A DNA stretch of 41,343 bases from Synechococcus sp. (GCA_046081905.1 JBJTWS010000082.1:1-41343), one strand, 5' to 3'. Shown: positions 33,081 to 41,343, counted from the stretch's first letter. Program-made: numbers and translations. The notes: generated from the letters alone by a model not told the origin.

Positions 33081-33734
33081 ATGGCAGCCCCGATCCGGTT
33101 GCGCTTGTTCCTGCCGGCCCTGCTGGCTCTCGGTGTGGCGGCCGCGCCGGCGGCCTGGGCCCAGGAGAACCTGCGCAACACCTTCCCCGGCCGGCGGGTG
33201 GGGGGAGGCACCCGCGGTGAGTGTTCGGCCCGCGTGGTGGCCAACCTCGTTCCCTCCACCAGCGTCTTTGCGCCCGGGGCCAGCCGCCGGATCGGCGTGC
33301 TGGAGGGTCCCACCGCCAACCCGCGGCCGCTGCGGCTTGCCTTCCGGCCCCTCAACAGCAGCGGCTCGGCCGACATGGCCCGCACCGCCACCAGCCTGCG
33401 GACGCTGCCAGCCTCCCCCGCCGGTGTGACCCTGGTCACCCTGCCCCTCCTGAAGGCTCCCACCGTCTGGGAGTCGTCGTTCGCCTGCGAGGAGGGCACC
33501 CCCGATCCCCAGGACCCGCTGGCCTTCGTGCAGTCAGAATCGCCGCCGGCCGTGAGCCTGCTGGTGGCCGACACCGACAGCACCCCCGAGGACAAGCCGC
33601 TGCAGGCGGCCCTGCAGCAGCTGGCTCAGGCCTGTGGGTCCACCGCGCCGCGGGAGCAGGTGGCCCGCCTGTTCGGCCTCACGGATGTGGTCACGGCCGA
33701 ATGGCCGGCAGCGCTGCCGGTGCGCTGCCCCTGA
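33081..33734 (+). CDS. Exported DUF928-like protein
   Basis: ATG 33081 gives a signal peptide (LFLPALLALGVAAAPAAWA|Q), followed by PGRRVGGGTRGEC, the typical N-terminal motif of cyanobacterial DUF928 proteins, and a W-x-x-x-x-x-C segment. Four Cys in total. Confidence 0.7.
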   Translation: MAAPIRLRLFLPALLALGVAAAPAAWAQENLRNTFPGRRVGGGTRGECSARVVANLVPSTSVFAPGASRRIGVLEGPTANPRPLRLAFRPLNSSGSADMARTATSLRTLPASPAGVTLVTLPLLKAPTVWESSFACEEGTPDPQDPLAFVQSESPPAVSLLVADTDSTPEDKPLQAALQQLAQACGSTAPREQVARLFGLTDVVTAEWPAALPVRCP

Positions 33735-35610
33735 GCTCCCAGATGTCGAGGGGCTCCTGGCGGCCCTTCACCTGCAGCGAGCCCCAGTGCTGCCACTCCA
33801 GGGCCCAGTCCTGGGGCAGCAGCGCCCGGGTGGCCGACGACACCAGCACCCGGCAGGTGTTGTCCTGCCGGGTCTTGTCGATGCTCTCGAGCCGGGAGGC
33901 GCAGTTCACCGTGTCGCCGATCACGGCGTATTCGAGCCGCTCGCTGCTGCCCATCGATCCGGCCAGCACCTCGCCGGAGTGGATGCCGATCCGCAGCCGC
34001 ATCGCCGGGGCCCCCTCCGCGGCCAGGGTCTGGTTGAGCCCCTCCAGGGCCTGCTGGATCTCCAGGGCGGTCTCGATCGCGGCGCGGGCGTCCGCCTCGG
34101 CGCTCTCGCTCAGGGGGGCGCCGAACACGGCCAGAAAGCCATCGCCGGTGAACTTGTTCACCATGCCCCCCCGCCGGGTGATCGCCGGCACGCAGTAGGC
34201 CATGCCGCGGTTCAGCCAGGTGAGCAGGTCGGCCGGCGACAGCCGCTCCGACACCGTGGTGAAGTTGCAGGTGTCCGAGAACAGGATCGTGACCGGCAGC
34301 TGCCGGCCCTCGAACCGCCCGTCGCTGAGCAGCTCCTCCCGTTGCTCCCACAGCTGCCGCGCCACGGCGGGGGAGGTGGTCTGGCCCAGGAGCCGCTGGA
34401 TCTGCTGGCGCTGTTCCTGGCTGGCGGCACCGCGCCGCAGCCAGCCGGCCGCCGCCATCAGCACCAGGGCCGCCAGGGGTGCGACGGCCCCCACCCAGAG
34501 GTTCTGCAGCAGGAGCAGGCCCAGCCCCCCGGCCAGCGCGAGTCCCACCAGGGCCGTGACCAGCACGCTGCGCCGCAGGTTGGCGAAGGATTCCCCCAGG
34601 GCCACCCCCAGCAGCACCGCCACCAGCTCCAGCAGGTGGTCGAGGCTGGCGGAGGAGGGGGTCACCCGGTGGCTGAAGTCGCCCCGCTGCCGCTCCAGCA
34701 GGGCCGCCACCCGCAGGGCGTGGATCTCCACCCCCGGCATCAGCAGTTGCTTGGCGCCGGCGCTGAAGCGGGTCTGGGGGATCGGAAAGAGGTCCCGCAG
34801 GGAGGGGGCCGTGCTGCCGATCAGCACGATGTGGGCGCGGATCTGGTCGATCGGCACGCGACCGGCCAGCAGGGCCCGCAGCGACCAGATCGGAAAGCTG
34901 CCGGGCTGCCGGAAGCTCAGCATCTGCTGGTAGCCGGCGGCGTCGAGGTCGCGGTAGCCGCCGGAGCCGGGCTCCAGCCAGGGACCGGGATCGCGGCCCT
35001 GCTCGAGCGTCTGCCGCAGGGAGGGATCGCCCCTGGCCACCTCCACCAGCCGCAGCGGCAGCGCCACGGTGGCTTCGTCCTGGCCGGCCACGTGCACCAG
35101 GTCGCGCCGCATCACTCCGTCGGCGTCCACCACCAGATCGTTGAAGCCGAGCTGCCTGGCCGGGGCCCCGGGCACGGGCTCGATCCCCTCGGCCACGTTG
35201 AAGATCGTGACCAGGCGCGGTTCGCTGCGCACCAGCCGCCGCAGGCAGTTCTGATTCGGGCCGATGCCCTTGTCGCGGTAGAGATCCAGCCCGATCGCCA
35301 GGGCGCCTTCCTGGGCCAGCCGTTCGATGCCGCGGCAGAGAAGCCCGTCGTCGATCGGCCAGCCGAACGCCTGGATGTCGTCCTCGTCCAGTCCGATCAG
35401 GGTGATCGGCTGCTCCCTGCCGGACGGGGCCGGCCGGTGGGTGGTGATCAGGTCGTAGACGAGCAGGTCGAGGGACTCGGCCAGGCGGCTCTGCTGCAGC
35501 CCCAGCAGCAGCAGGGCGGCGCCGCCGTAGGGGGCGGCGCGCTTCAGCAGGGCCACCGCCTGGCTCCGCAGCCGTTCACTGTCCGGCAGGAGGAGGCGGA
35601 GGCCGGCCAT
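33691..35610 (-). CDS. CHASE2 + 3 TM + class III adenylate/guanylate cyclase
   Basis: AAGGAG RBS before ATG 35610. CHASE2 motifs ITLIGLDEDDI..FGWP, IGLDLYRD, DADGVMRR, IVLIG and MPGVEIHA, then three TM helices. Catalytic motifs ILFSDTCNFT, NKFTGDG, RIGIHSG and YAVIGDTVNCASRLE. Confidence 0.95.
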   Translation of the reverse strand: MAGLRLLLPDSERLRSQAVALLKRAAPYGGAALLLLGLQQSRLAESLDLLVYDLITTHRPAPSGREQPITLIGLDEDDIQAFGWPIDDGLLCRGIERLAQEGALAIGLDLYRDKGIGPNQNCLRRLVRSEPRLVTIFNVAEGIEPVPGAPARQLGFNDLVVDADGVMRRDLVHVAGQDEATVALPLRLVEVARGDPSLRQTLEQGRDPGPWLEPGSGGYRDLDAAGYQQMLSFRQPGSFPIWSLRALLAGRVPIDQIRAHIVLIGSTAPSLRDLFPIPQTRFSAGAKQLLMPGVEIHALRVAALLERQRGDFSHRVTPSSASLDHLLELVAVLLGVALGESFANLRRSVLVTALVGLALAGGLGLLLLQNLWVGAVAPLAALVLMAAAGWLRRGAASQEQRQQIQRLLGQTTSPAVARQLWEQREELLSDGRFEGRQLPVTILFSDTCNFTTVSERLSPADLLTWLNRGMAYCVPAITRRGGMVNKFTGDGFLAVFGAPLSESAEADARAAIETALEIQQALEGLNQTLAAEGAPAMRLRIGIHSGEVLAGSMGSSERLEYAVIGDTVNCASRLESIDKTRQDNTCRVLVSSATRALLPQDWALEWQHWGSLQVKGRQEPLDIWELRGSAPAALPAIRP

Positions 35611-35749
35611 GGCGCGGAGCTCCTTGGGGCAGGGATGGGCCGATTCTGGACCGCTCCGGCGGCGCCGGCATCCGCGTTGGCGCCATGGGCTGCCTGATCG
35701 GGCCGGCCTCCATACAGTGGGACCGGCCGATCGGTTCCTGCCGTTCCCG

Positions 35750-37609
35750 ATGACCAGCACTCCGCTGTCCCAGGAGCCCCCGGCTTCGGCTCACTCCACG
35801 GTCCCGGGCCAGACCTCGGATCACGCCCTGGTGGAGATCCTCTCCATCGCCACGGCCCTGAGCAGCGCCAGTGATCTGCGCAGCCTGCTGCATCTGATCC
35901 TCTCGAAATCGAGGATGCTCACCAACAGCGATGCCGGCAGCATCTTTCTGGTGGAGCGTCCCGATCGCCGCCGCGACCCCCACGGAACCGACGAGCTCTG
36001 GTTCGCGGTGTCCCAGAACGCGACCCTGCTGGCTCGCGCCCATGCGGCCGGCACGCCGGACGCGTTTGAAGAGAAGATGATGGATATCCGTTTCCCGCTC
36101 ACGCCGGAACGGCTGGTGGGGTGGACGGCCCTGGCGGGGGAAGTGCTCAATCTCCCGGACGTCTATCAGCTGGCCCCGGATCTTCCCTATCACTTTGATC
36201 CCACCGTCGACCACGAACTCGGCTATCGGGCCGTATCGGTGCTCTGCGTGCCGATGCGCTCCACCAGCGGCCAGATCGTGGGGGTGATGCAGCTCATCAA
36301 CCGCAAACACGACGCCGGGGCCCTGATCGATCCCGAGACGGCCGTGGCGGTGACGCGGCCCTTTGATGAGTTCGACCAGAGGCTGATCGAGGCCCTGGCC
36401 AGCCAGGCGGCGGTGTGTGTGGAGCGCACCCGGCTGCTGGAGGCCCAGCAGCAGTTGATCGATTCGATGATCACCCTGCTGGCGGGGGCGATCGACGCCA
36501 AGAGCCGCCACACCGGTGGCCATTGCGCCCGGGTGCCGGAACTGGCCTTCCTGCTGGCCCGCGCCGCCGACGCCGAGGAGGAGGGCCCCCTCGCGGAGTT
36601 CCGCTTCCGCACGCCCGATGAATGGCGTGAATTCCGCATCGGCGCCTGGCTGCACGACTGCGGCAAGGTCACCACGCCGGAGTATGTGGTGGACAAGGCC
36701 ACCAAGCTGGAGACCAACTACAACCGCATCCACGAGATCCGCACCCGCTTCGAGGTGCTGCTGCGGGATGCCCAGATTGCCCGGCTGGAGAGCCTGCTCG
36801 CCGGGGAGGATCCGCAGGCGGCGGATCAGCGGTTCGAGGCGTGCCGCGCCGCCCTGCAGGAGGAGTTCGCCTTCCTGGCCACCAGCAACCTCGGTGGCGA
36901 ATTCTTTGCGCCGGAGAAGGTGGAACGCCTGCGCCAGATCGCCCAGCGCACCTGGCTGCGCCATTTCGATGATCGGCTGGGCTTTTCCTGGGAGGAATTG
37001 CAGCGGCGCTGCGCCGAGGGGGGCGAGGAAACCTTGCCGGTGGTGGAGCCGCTGCTGGCCGACAAGCCCTGGCATGTGATCCCGCGCCTGCCGGAAGACC
37101 GGCCGGATCCAAAAAACGGTTTCCGCATGGAGGTGCCGGAGCATCTCTACAACCGGGGCGAGATCTACAACCTCTCCGTGTCGCGCGGAACGCTCACGGA
37201 AGAGGAGCGCTACAAGATCAATGAGCACATCGTGCAAACGATCATCATGCTGGAGAGCATGCCCTTCCCGGAGAATCTCTCCCGCGTTGGCGAATATGCC
37301 GGTGCCCACCACGAAACCCTCGACGGCCGCGGCTATCCCCGCCGCCTGACGGAAGAGCAGCTCTCGGTGCCTTCGCGCATCATGGCGATCGCCGACATCT
37401 TCGAGGCCCTCACGGCGGCGGACCGCCCCTACAAGAAGGCCAAGACCCTCTCGGAATCAGTGGAGATCCTGGCGGGATTCCGGGATCGCAGACATATCGA
37501 TCCCGACCTCTTCGCCCTGTTCCTGCGCAGTGGCGTGTACCGCGAGTATGCAGAGCGGTTCCTGGCTCCGGAGCAGATCGATCCCGTGTCGATCGAGAGG
37601 TTCCTCTGA
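35750..37609 (+). CDS. GAF + HD-GYP metal-dependent phosphodiesterase
   Basis: GAF domain (DAGSIFLV, VLNLPDVY, GYRAVSVLCVPM, GVMQLINRK). HD-GYP motifs HTGGHCARV, WLHDCGK, INEH, HHETLDGRGYP and IADIFEALT..DRPYK. Probable ATG at 35750. Confidence 0.93.
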   Translation: MTSTPLSQEPPASAHSTVPGQTSDHALVEILSIATALSSASDLRSLLHLILSKSRMLTNSDAGSIFLVERPDRRRDPHGTDELWFAVSQNATLLARAHAAGTPDAFEEKMMDIRFPLTPERLVGWTALAGEVLNLPDVYQLAPDLPYHFDPTVDHELGYRAVSVLCVPMRSTSGQIVGVMQLINRKHDAGALIDPETAVAVTRPFDEFDQRLIEALASQAAVCVERTRLLEAQQQLIDSMITLLAGAIDAKSRHTGGHCARVPELAFLLARAADAEEEGPLAEFRFRTPDEWREFRIGAWLHDCGKVTTPEYVVDKATKLETNYNRIHEIRTRFEVLLRDAQIARLESLLAGEDPQAADQRFEACRAALQEEFAFLATSNLGGEFFAPEKVERLRQIAQRTWLRHFDDRLGFSWEELQRRCAEGGEETLPVVEPLLADKPWHVIPRLPEDRPDPKNGFRMEVPEHLYNRGEIYNLSVSRGTLTEEERYKINEHIVQTIIMLESMPFPENLSRVGEYAGAHHETLDGRGYPRRLTEEQLSVPSRIMAIADIFEALTAADRPYKKAKTLSESVEILAGFRDRRHIDPDLFALFLRSGVYREYAERFLAPEQIDPVSIERFL

Positions 37610-39480
37610 TTCCCCCCGGCGAGCCTCAGGAAAGCCCGCCCCGCCCTGACGCGGCCCCCCTGGCCGAACGGGCCCTGGAGGCTCTCCGCCAGGGGAAGGC
37701 CGCGGCGGCCCGCACCCTGCTGGAGGAGGCCCTGCGGCTGGCTCCCGCGGATCCGGCCCTGCGCCACAACCTGGCCGAGGTGCTCCGCTGCCAGGGGGAG
37801 GCGGCGGCGGCCGAGCGGGTGTTCCAGGAGCTGCTGGCGGAGCATCCGGGCTTCCTGCCGGCCTACGGCTCCTTGCTGGCCCTGCTGGAGCACCGCCGGC
37901 CGGACCCGGATCAGCCCAATCCGCGGCCGGTGTTGCTCAACAACTACGGCAATGCATTGCAGGCGGCCGGGCGGCTGGCTGAGGCCGAGGCGGCCTATCG
38001 CCGGGCCCTGGCGCTGCGGCCCTCCTATGCCCATCCCTGGGCGAACCTCTCCTATGTGCTGCGGCTCCAGGGGCGCCTGGCGGAGGCCGAGCTCACGGCC
38101 CGCCGGGCCCTGGTGCTGCAGGAAGGCCATGCCGGTGCCCTGGTGAACCTCGGCTGTGCCCTCACCGAGCTGCAGTGCGAGCAGGAGGCGGCGGAATGCT
38201 TCCGCCGGGCCCTGGTGCTGAGCCCAGGCCACGCCGAGGCGCGCCACAACCTCGGCAGCGGCCAGTTGCTGTCGTTGCTCAGCCGGGCGGACCTCGCCGA
38301 GGAGGAGCTGCTGGCGCGGCACTGCGCCTGGGGGGAGGCCCTGGTGGCCGGGGTGCCGCCCCTCCCGCTTCCCCCGGCCCGGGGCGGGCTGCCGCGGGTG
38401 GCCTTCCTCTCCAGTGACCTGCGCCGCCATGCGGTGACCCTGTTCCTGGAGCCCCTGCTGGAGCACCTCGATCGCGGCCGCGTTGAGGTGGTCTGCTACG
38501 CCAGCCAGCCTGAAGCCGGGGATGCCGTGGCGGAGCGGCTGCAGGCCCTGCCGCTCACCTGGACGCCCTGCCTCTCGCTCACCGATGCGGACCTGGCCGC
38601 CCGGATCCACGCCGACGCCATCGACCTGCTGATCGATCTCAACGGCCACACCCGCGGCATGCGGCTGGCGGCCCTGGCCGGCCATCCGGCCCGCCGGCAG
38701 GCCTCCTGGCTCGGCTACCCCTTCCTCACCGGCCTTCCCAGCCTCGATTACCGCATCAGCGATGCCTGGGTGGATCCGCAGGACACGCCCCCACCGGAGC
38801 GGCCCATGCGGATGGACCGCTGCCAGTTCGTGTTCCGCCCGCCGCCGGAGGCGCCGGCGGTGGCCCCGCTGCCGGCCCTCTCCCGCGGGGCGATCACCTT
38901 CGGCTCACTCAACAACATCCTCAAGCTCAACCCCGCCGTGGTGGCGCTCTGGAGCCGCCTGCTGCAGGCCTGCGAGGGCAGCCGGCTGCTGCTGCAGTAC
39001 GGCCAGCTCACGGAGGCCTACTGGCGCGGGCGCGTGCATGGGCTGTTTGCGGCCCATGGGGTGGGCCCCGAGCGGCTGCTGCTGCGCCCGCCCCTGCCCG
39101 GCGGTGCCCACCTCGCTGCGTACAGCGAGATCGACATCGCCCTCGATCCCTTCCCCTACAACGGCCTCACCACCACCTGCGAGGCCCTCTGGATGGGCGT
39201 GCCGGTGGTGACCCTGCGGGGACGCAGCCGCCAGGGGCGCGGCGGCACCAGCCTGCTGGCGGCCCTGGGCCGCCGGGACTGGATCGCCGCCGAGGAGGAT
39301 CACTACCTGGTAAACGCCCTGCAGCTGGCGGCCGATCCGGTGGCGCTGGCTGCCGAGCGCCTCGCCCTGCGGGAGCGGATGGAGCGCTCGCCGCTGCGGC
39401 AGGAGAGTGAGCATGCCCGCTCCTTCGAGCGCTGCGTGGATCAGATCCTCGCCTTGCCGCCGCCGGTGCCCTCTGGCTGA
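37606..39480 (+). CDS. TPR-containing SPINDLY/OGT-family (GT41) glycosyltransferase
   Basis: TPR repeats (NNYGNALQ..GRL.EA...YRRAL) and catalytic motifs RVAFLSSDLRRHAV, IDLLIDLNGHT, SWLGYP, FGSLNNILKL and DIALDPFPYNGLTTTCEALWMGVPVVTL. The frame stays TPR-like upstream of GTG 37780, back to a CTG at 37606. Confidence 0.9.
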   Translation: MIPPGEPQESPPRPDAAPLAERALEALRQGKAAAARTLLEEALRLAPADPALRHNLAEVLRCQGEAAAAERVFQELLAEHPGFLPAYGSLLALLEHRRPDPDQPNPRPVLLNNYGNALQAAGRLAEAEAAYRRALALRPSYAHPWANLSYVLRLQGRLAEAELTARRALVLQEGHAGALVNLGCALTELQCEQEAAECFRRALVLSPGHAEARHNLGSGQLLSLLSRADLAEEELLARHCAWGEALVAGVPPLPLPPARGGLPRVAFLSSDLRRHAVTLFLEPLLEHLDRGRVEVVCYASQPEAGDAVAERLQALPLTWTPCLSLTDADLAARIHADAIDLLIDLNGHTRGMRLAALAGHPARRQASWLGYPFLTGLPSLDYRISDAWVDPQDTPPPERPMRMDRCQFVFRPPPEAPAVAPLPALSRGAITFGSLNNILKLNPAVVALWSRLLQACEGSRLLLQYGQLTEAYWRGRVHGLFAAHGVGPERLLLRPPLPGGAHLAAYSEIDIALDPFPYNGLTTTCEALWMGVPVVTLRGRSRQGRGGTSLLAALGRRDWIAAEEDHYLVNALQLAADPVALAAERLALRERMERSPLRQESEHARSFERCVDQILALPPPVPSG

Positions 39481-40525
39481 AGGGTGCCGTCCAGGGCGGT
39501 GGTGGCCCGCAGGGCCAGGCGATAGAGGGCCTCGGGGAGGGGCTGCACGGGGGCGTTGGGATGGTGGTCCCCGCTCAGAACATCGGTGCCTTCGAGCCAG
39601 GTGAGGGCGGGGCGGAGCGCCTCCCGGAAGTGGGGCTCGATCGCCACACGCACCCCCGCGGGCATCGCTTCGGCCCCCTCCCCGAGAACGGGATCGTGGG
39701 AGTGGCGCTGCCAGAAGGTCTCCAGCAGGCCCAGGGCGTCGAGCTGGCTGAGCATCTGGCTCTGCCAGCCGTACCCGGGGGCTTGCCGTCGGCGCTGTGG
39801 CGCCGGCCCATGGCGCTCTTGCGCCGCAGCTTCTGGAGGCCGGTGAAGGGCAGATGCATCCCGCGGAGATAGTCGCGGTGCAGGGCCAGGGTCTGCTCCG
39901 GGCAGCGGGGGAGAAGTTCATGGCAGCCCGCCCGCAGCCAGGCGCGGGGTCCCGGGCGGAAGATCACCTTGCGGCCGAAAGGGAGCTGGAAGTAGTTCAG
40001 CCGTCCCTGCTGGATGGCCAGCACGCTGCGGCTGGCCTGGAGGGGTTCGGCACGATCCGGCAGCGCCCTGGCGCCGATGCGGCCGTAGTCCGCCAGGCGG
40101 GTCTCGTCGAAATCGCGGGGGGCCACCCAGTTCTCCAGGGGATAGGACAGGCACTGGATGGCGGGGGGAATGCCGGCCAGGAGCGGGCGCAACCCCGAGG
40201 GGGCCCACAGGAATTCATCGGCATCGAGGGAGTAGATCCAGCCGGGCTCCGAGGCCTGGGCGATCTCCACAAGGGCATTGCGGAAGGCTTCCTCGTGGAA
40301 GGCGGGCTCCCCCAGTTCGTAGAGGTGCAGCCGTTCCCCCAGCGGCGAATTCCTGAGGCGTGCGAGGCCCGCCGCGGTGCCGTCCTGGCTGCCGTGATCG
40401 AGCACATAGAGATCATCGGCGTGGTGCAGCAGGCAGTGCACGATGGCCACGGCAGCCAGGGGCCATTCGTTCCGGATGTTCAGCAGCGCCGTGATCCGCA
40501 CGGCCTCAGCCCGGCCGGAGGGCAT
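39441..40525 (-). pseudogene. Family-2-like glycosyltransferase split by a 1-nt frameshift in a C5 run (39777-39781)
   Basis: Motifs NIRNE, YVLDHGSQDGT and WIYSLDADEF. One extra C gives GKPPGYGWQSQMLSQL and joins ORFs 39575..40525 and 39441..39755. The ATG overlaps the speA stop (TGATG). Confidence 0.75.
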
Positions 40526-41343
40526 CAGCCCTGCAGGTAGGTGGTCTGGCGGAGGCTGGTTTCGAGGTGATCCATCAGACGGCGCACCTCGCTGATGCGC
40601 AGGTCGCCGCGGCCGATCGCCGCCTCGCTGGCCACCCGCAGCCGCTCCAGCAGCAGCTCCGGATCGTGCTCCATGGCCTCCAGCACCTCGGCGTTGGTGT
40701 TGCCCCGCACCACGTGATCCACCCGGTAGCCGCCGCCGGCACCTAGGCGGATGTGCACCGCATCGGTGCTGCCGAAGAGGTTGTGCAGGTTCCCCATCAC
40801 CTCCTGGTAGGCCCCCGCCAGGAAGAGGCCGATCCAGTAGGGCTCGTCGTCGCGGAGCTCGTGGAGTTCCAGCAGCGGCTTCACCTGGCCCCGGTCGATG
40901 AAGCGGGCCAGTTTGCCGTCGGAGTCGCAGGTGAGGTCGGCGAAGCTGCCCAGCCGCTCGGGCCGTTCGTCGAGGCGGTGGATCGGCATCACCGGGAAGA
41001 GCTGATCGATCGCCCAGGTGTCCGGCGCGGAGCGGAACACCGAGAGGTTGGCGTAGTAAGTGCTGGCAAGAGCCGCCCGCAGGGCACGCAGGTCTTCCGG
41101 GATGGGCCCGTCGGCCGGCAGCTGCCGGGCGATGGTCTCGGCGCAGGCCCAGCTGAGCTGCTCGGCCCGGGCCCGCTCCGGCAGGCTCAGGTAGCCGAGC
41201 CGGAAGGCGGCCAGGGCATCGGCGCGGAACTTGATCGCGTCGTTCCAGGCCTCCTGCAGCCGCTCCAGCGGGGGAACGTCTTCGCCGCCGCTGCTTGCGT
41301 TCTGCTGGTCCGTGATGCCGGCCAGGGTGTCGCGCAGGTTGCG
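40525..41343 (-). CDS. speA: Biosynthetic arginine decarboxylase, 3' part (runs off the right edge)
   Basis: Motifs YYANLSVFRSAPDTWAIDQLFPVMPIHRL, DLTCDSDG and GAYQEVMGNLHNLFG. Confidence 0.96.
   Translation of the reverse strand, partial: RNLRDTLAGITDQQNASSGGEDVPPLERLQEAWNDAIKFRADALAAFRLGYLSLPERARAEQLSWACAETIARQLPADGPIPEDLRALRAALASTYYANLSVFRSAPDTWAIDQLFPVMPIHRLDERPERLGSFADLTCDSDGKLARFIDRGQVKPLLELHELRDDEPYWIGLFLAGAYQEVMGNLHNLFGSTDAVHIRLGAGGGYRVDHVVRGNTNAEVLEAMEHDPELLLERLRVASEAAIGRGDLRISEVRRLMDHLETSLRQTTYLQG

Noticed and set aside
3469-37392. HIP1 octamers GCGATCGC (e.g. 3469, 5753, 7593, 32783, 37385) as a locus-specific repeat
   Set aside because: This is a genome-wide cyanobacterial feature and I could not count it reliably by eye. 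It is useful only as a taxonomic hint.
29078-38685. Long opposite-strand ORFs (29078..30454, 31454..32722, 33634..35697, 35576..37312, 37429..38685)
   Set aside because: Each mirrors a well-supported gene and has the H/Q/G/R-rich composition typical of antisense shadows.

Overview
High-GC picocyanobacterial DNA (Cyanobium/Synechococcus-like; alaS and speA resemble picocyanobacterial orthologues and HIP1 GCGATCGC sites occur). Two convergent housekeeping genes, alaS (1293-3998 +) and speA (40525 to window end, -), enclose about 36.5 kb of accessory genes that look like one surface-to-cytoplasm signalling locus. The export and protease part is a TpsB/ShlB outer-membrane transporter, two giant TpsA-like repeat proteins and two caspase-like CHAT proteases. 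One CHAT is fused to TpsA2; the other is split from TpsA1 and has its own signal peptide. The cyclic-nucleotide part is a CHASE2-3TM class III cyclase, two cNMP readers (a Crp regulator with an adjacent CRP box and an MscS-cNMP channel) and a GAF-HD-GYP phosphodiesterase. Accessory genes encode DUF928-like, DUF3307 and SIMPL proteins, a TPR-GT41 glycosyltransferase and a frameshifted GT2. The gene behind the CRP box carries two lesions. A low-GC PEP-CTERM-like surface protein gene lies left of alaS. I found no rRNA, tRNA, CRISPR array, integrase or transposase. All family calls come from motif recognition by eye, without database searches, so novelty is not confirmed.
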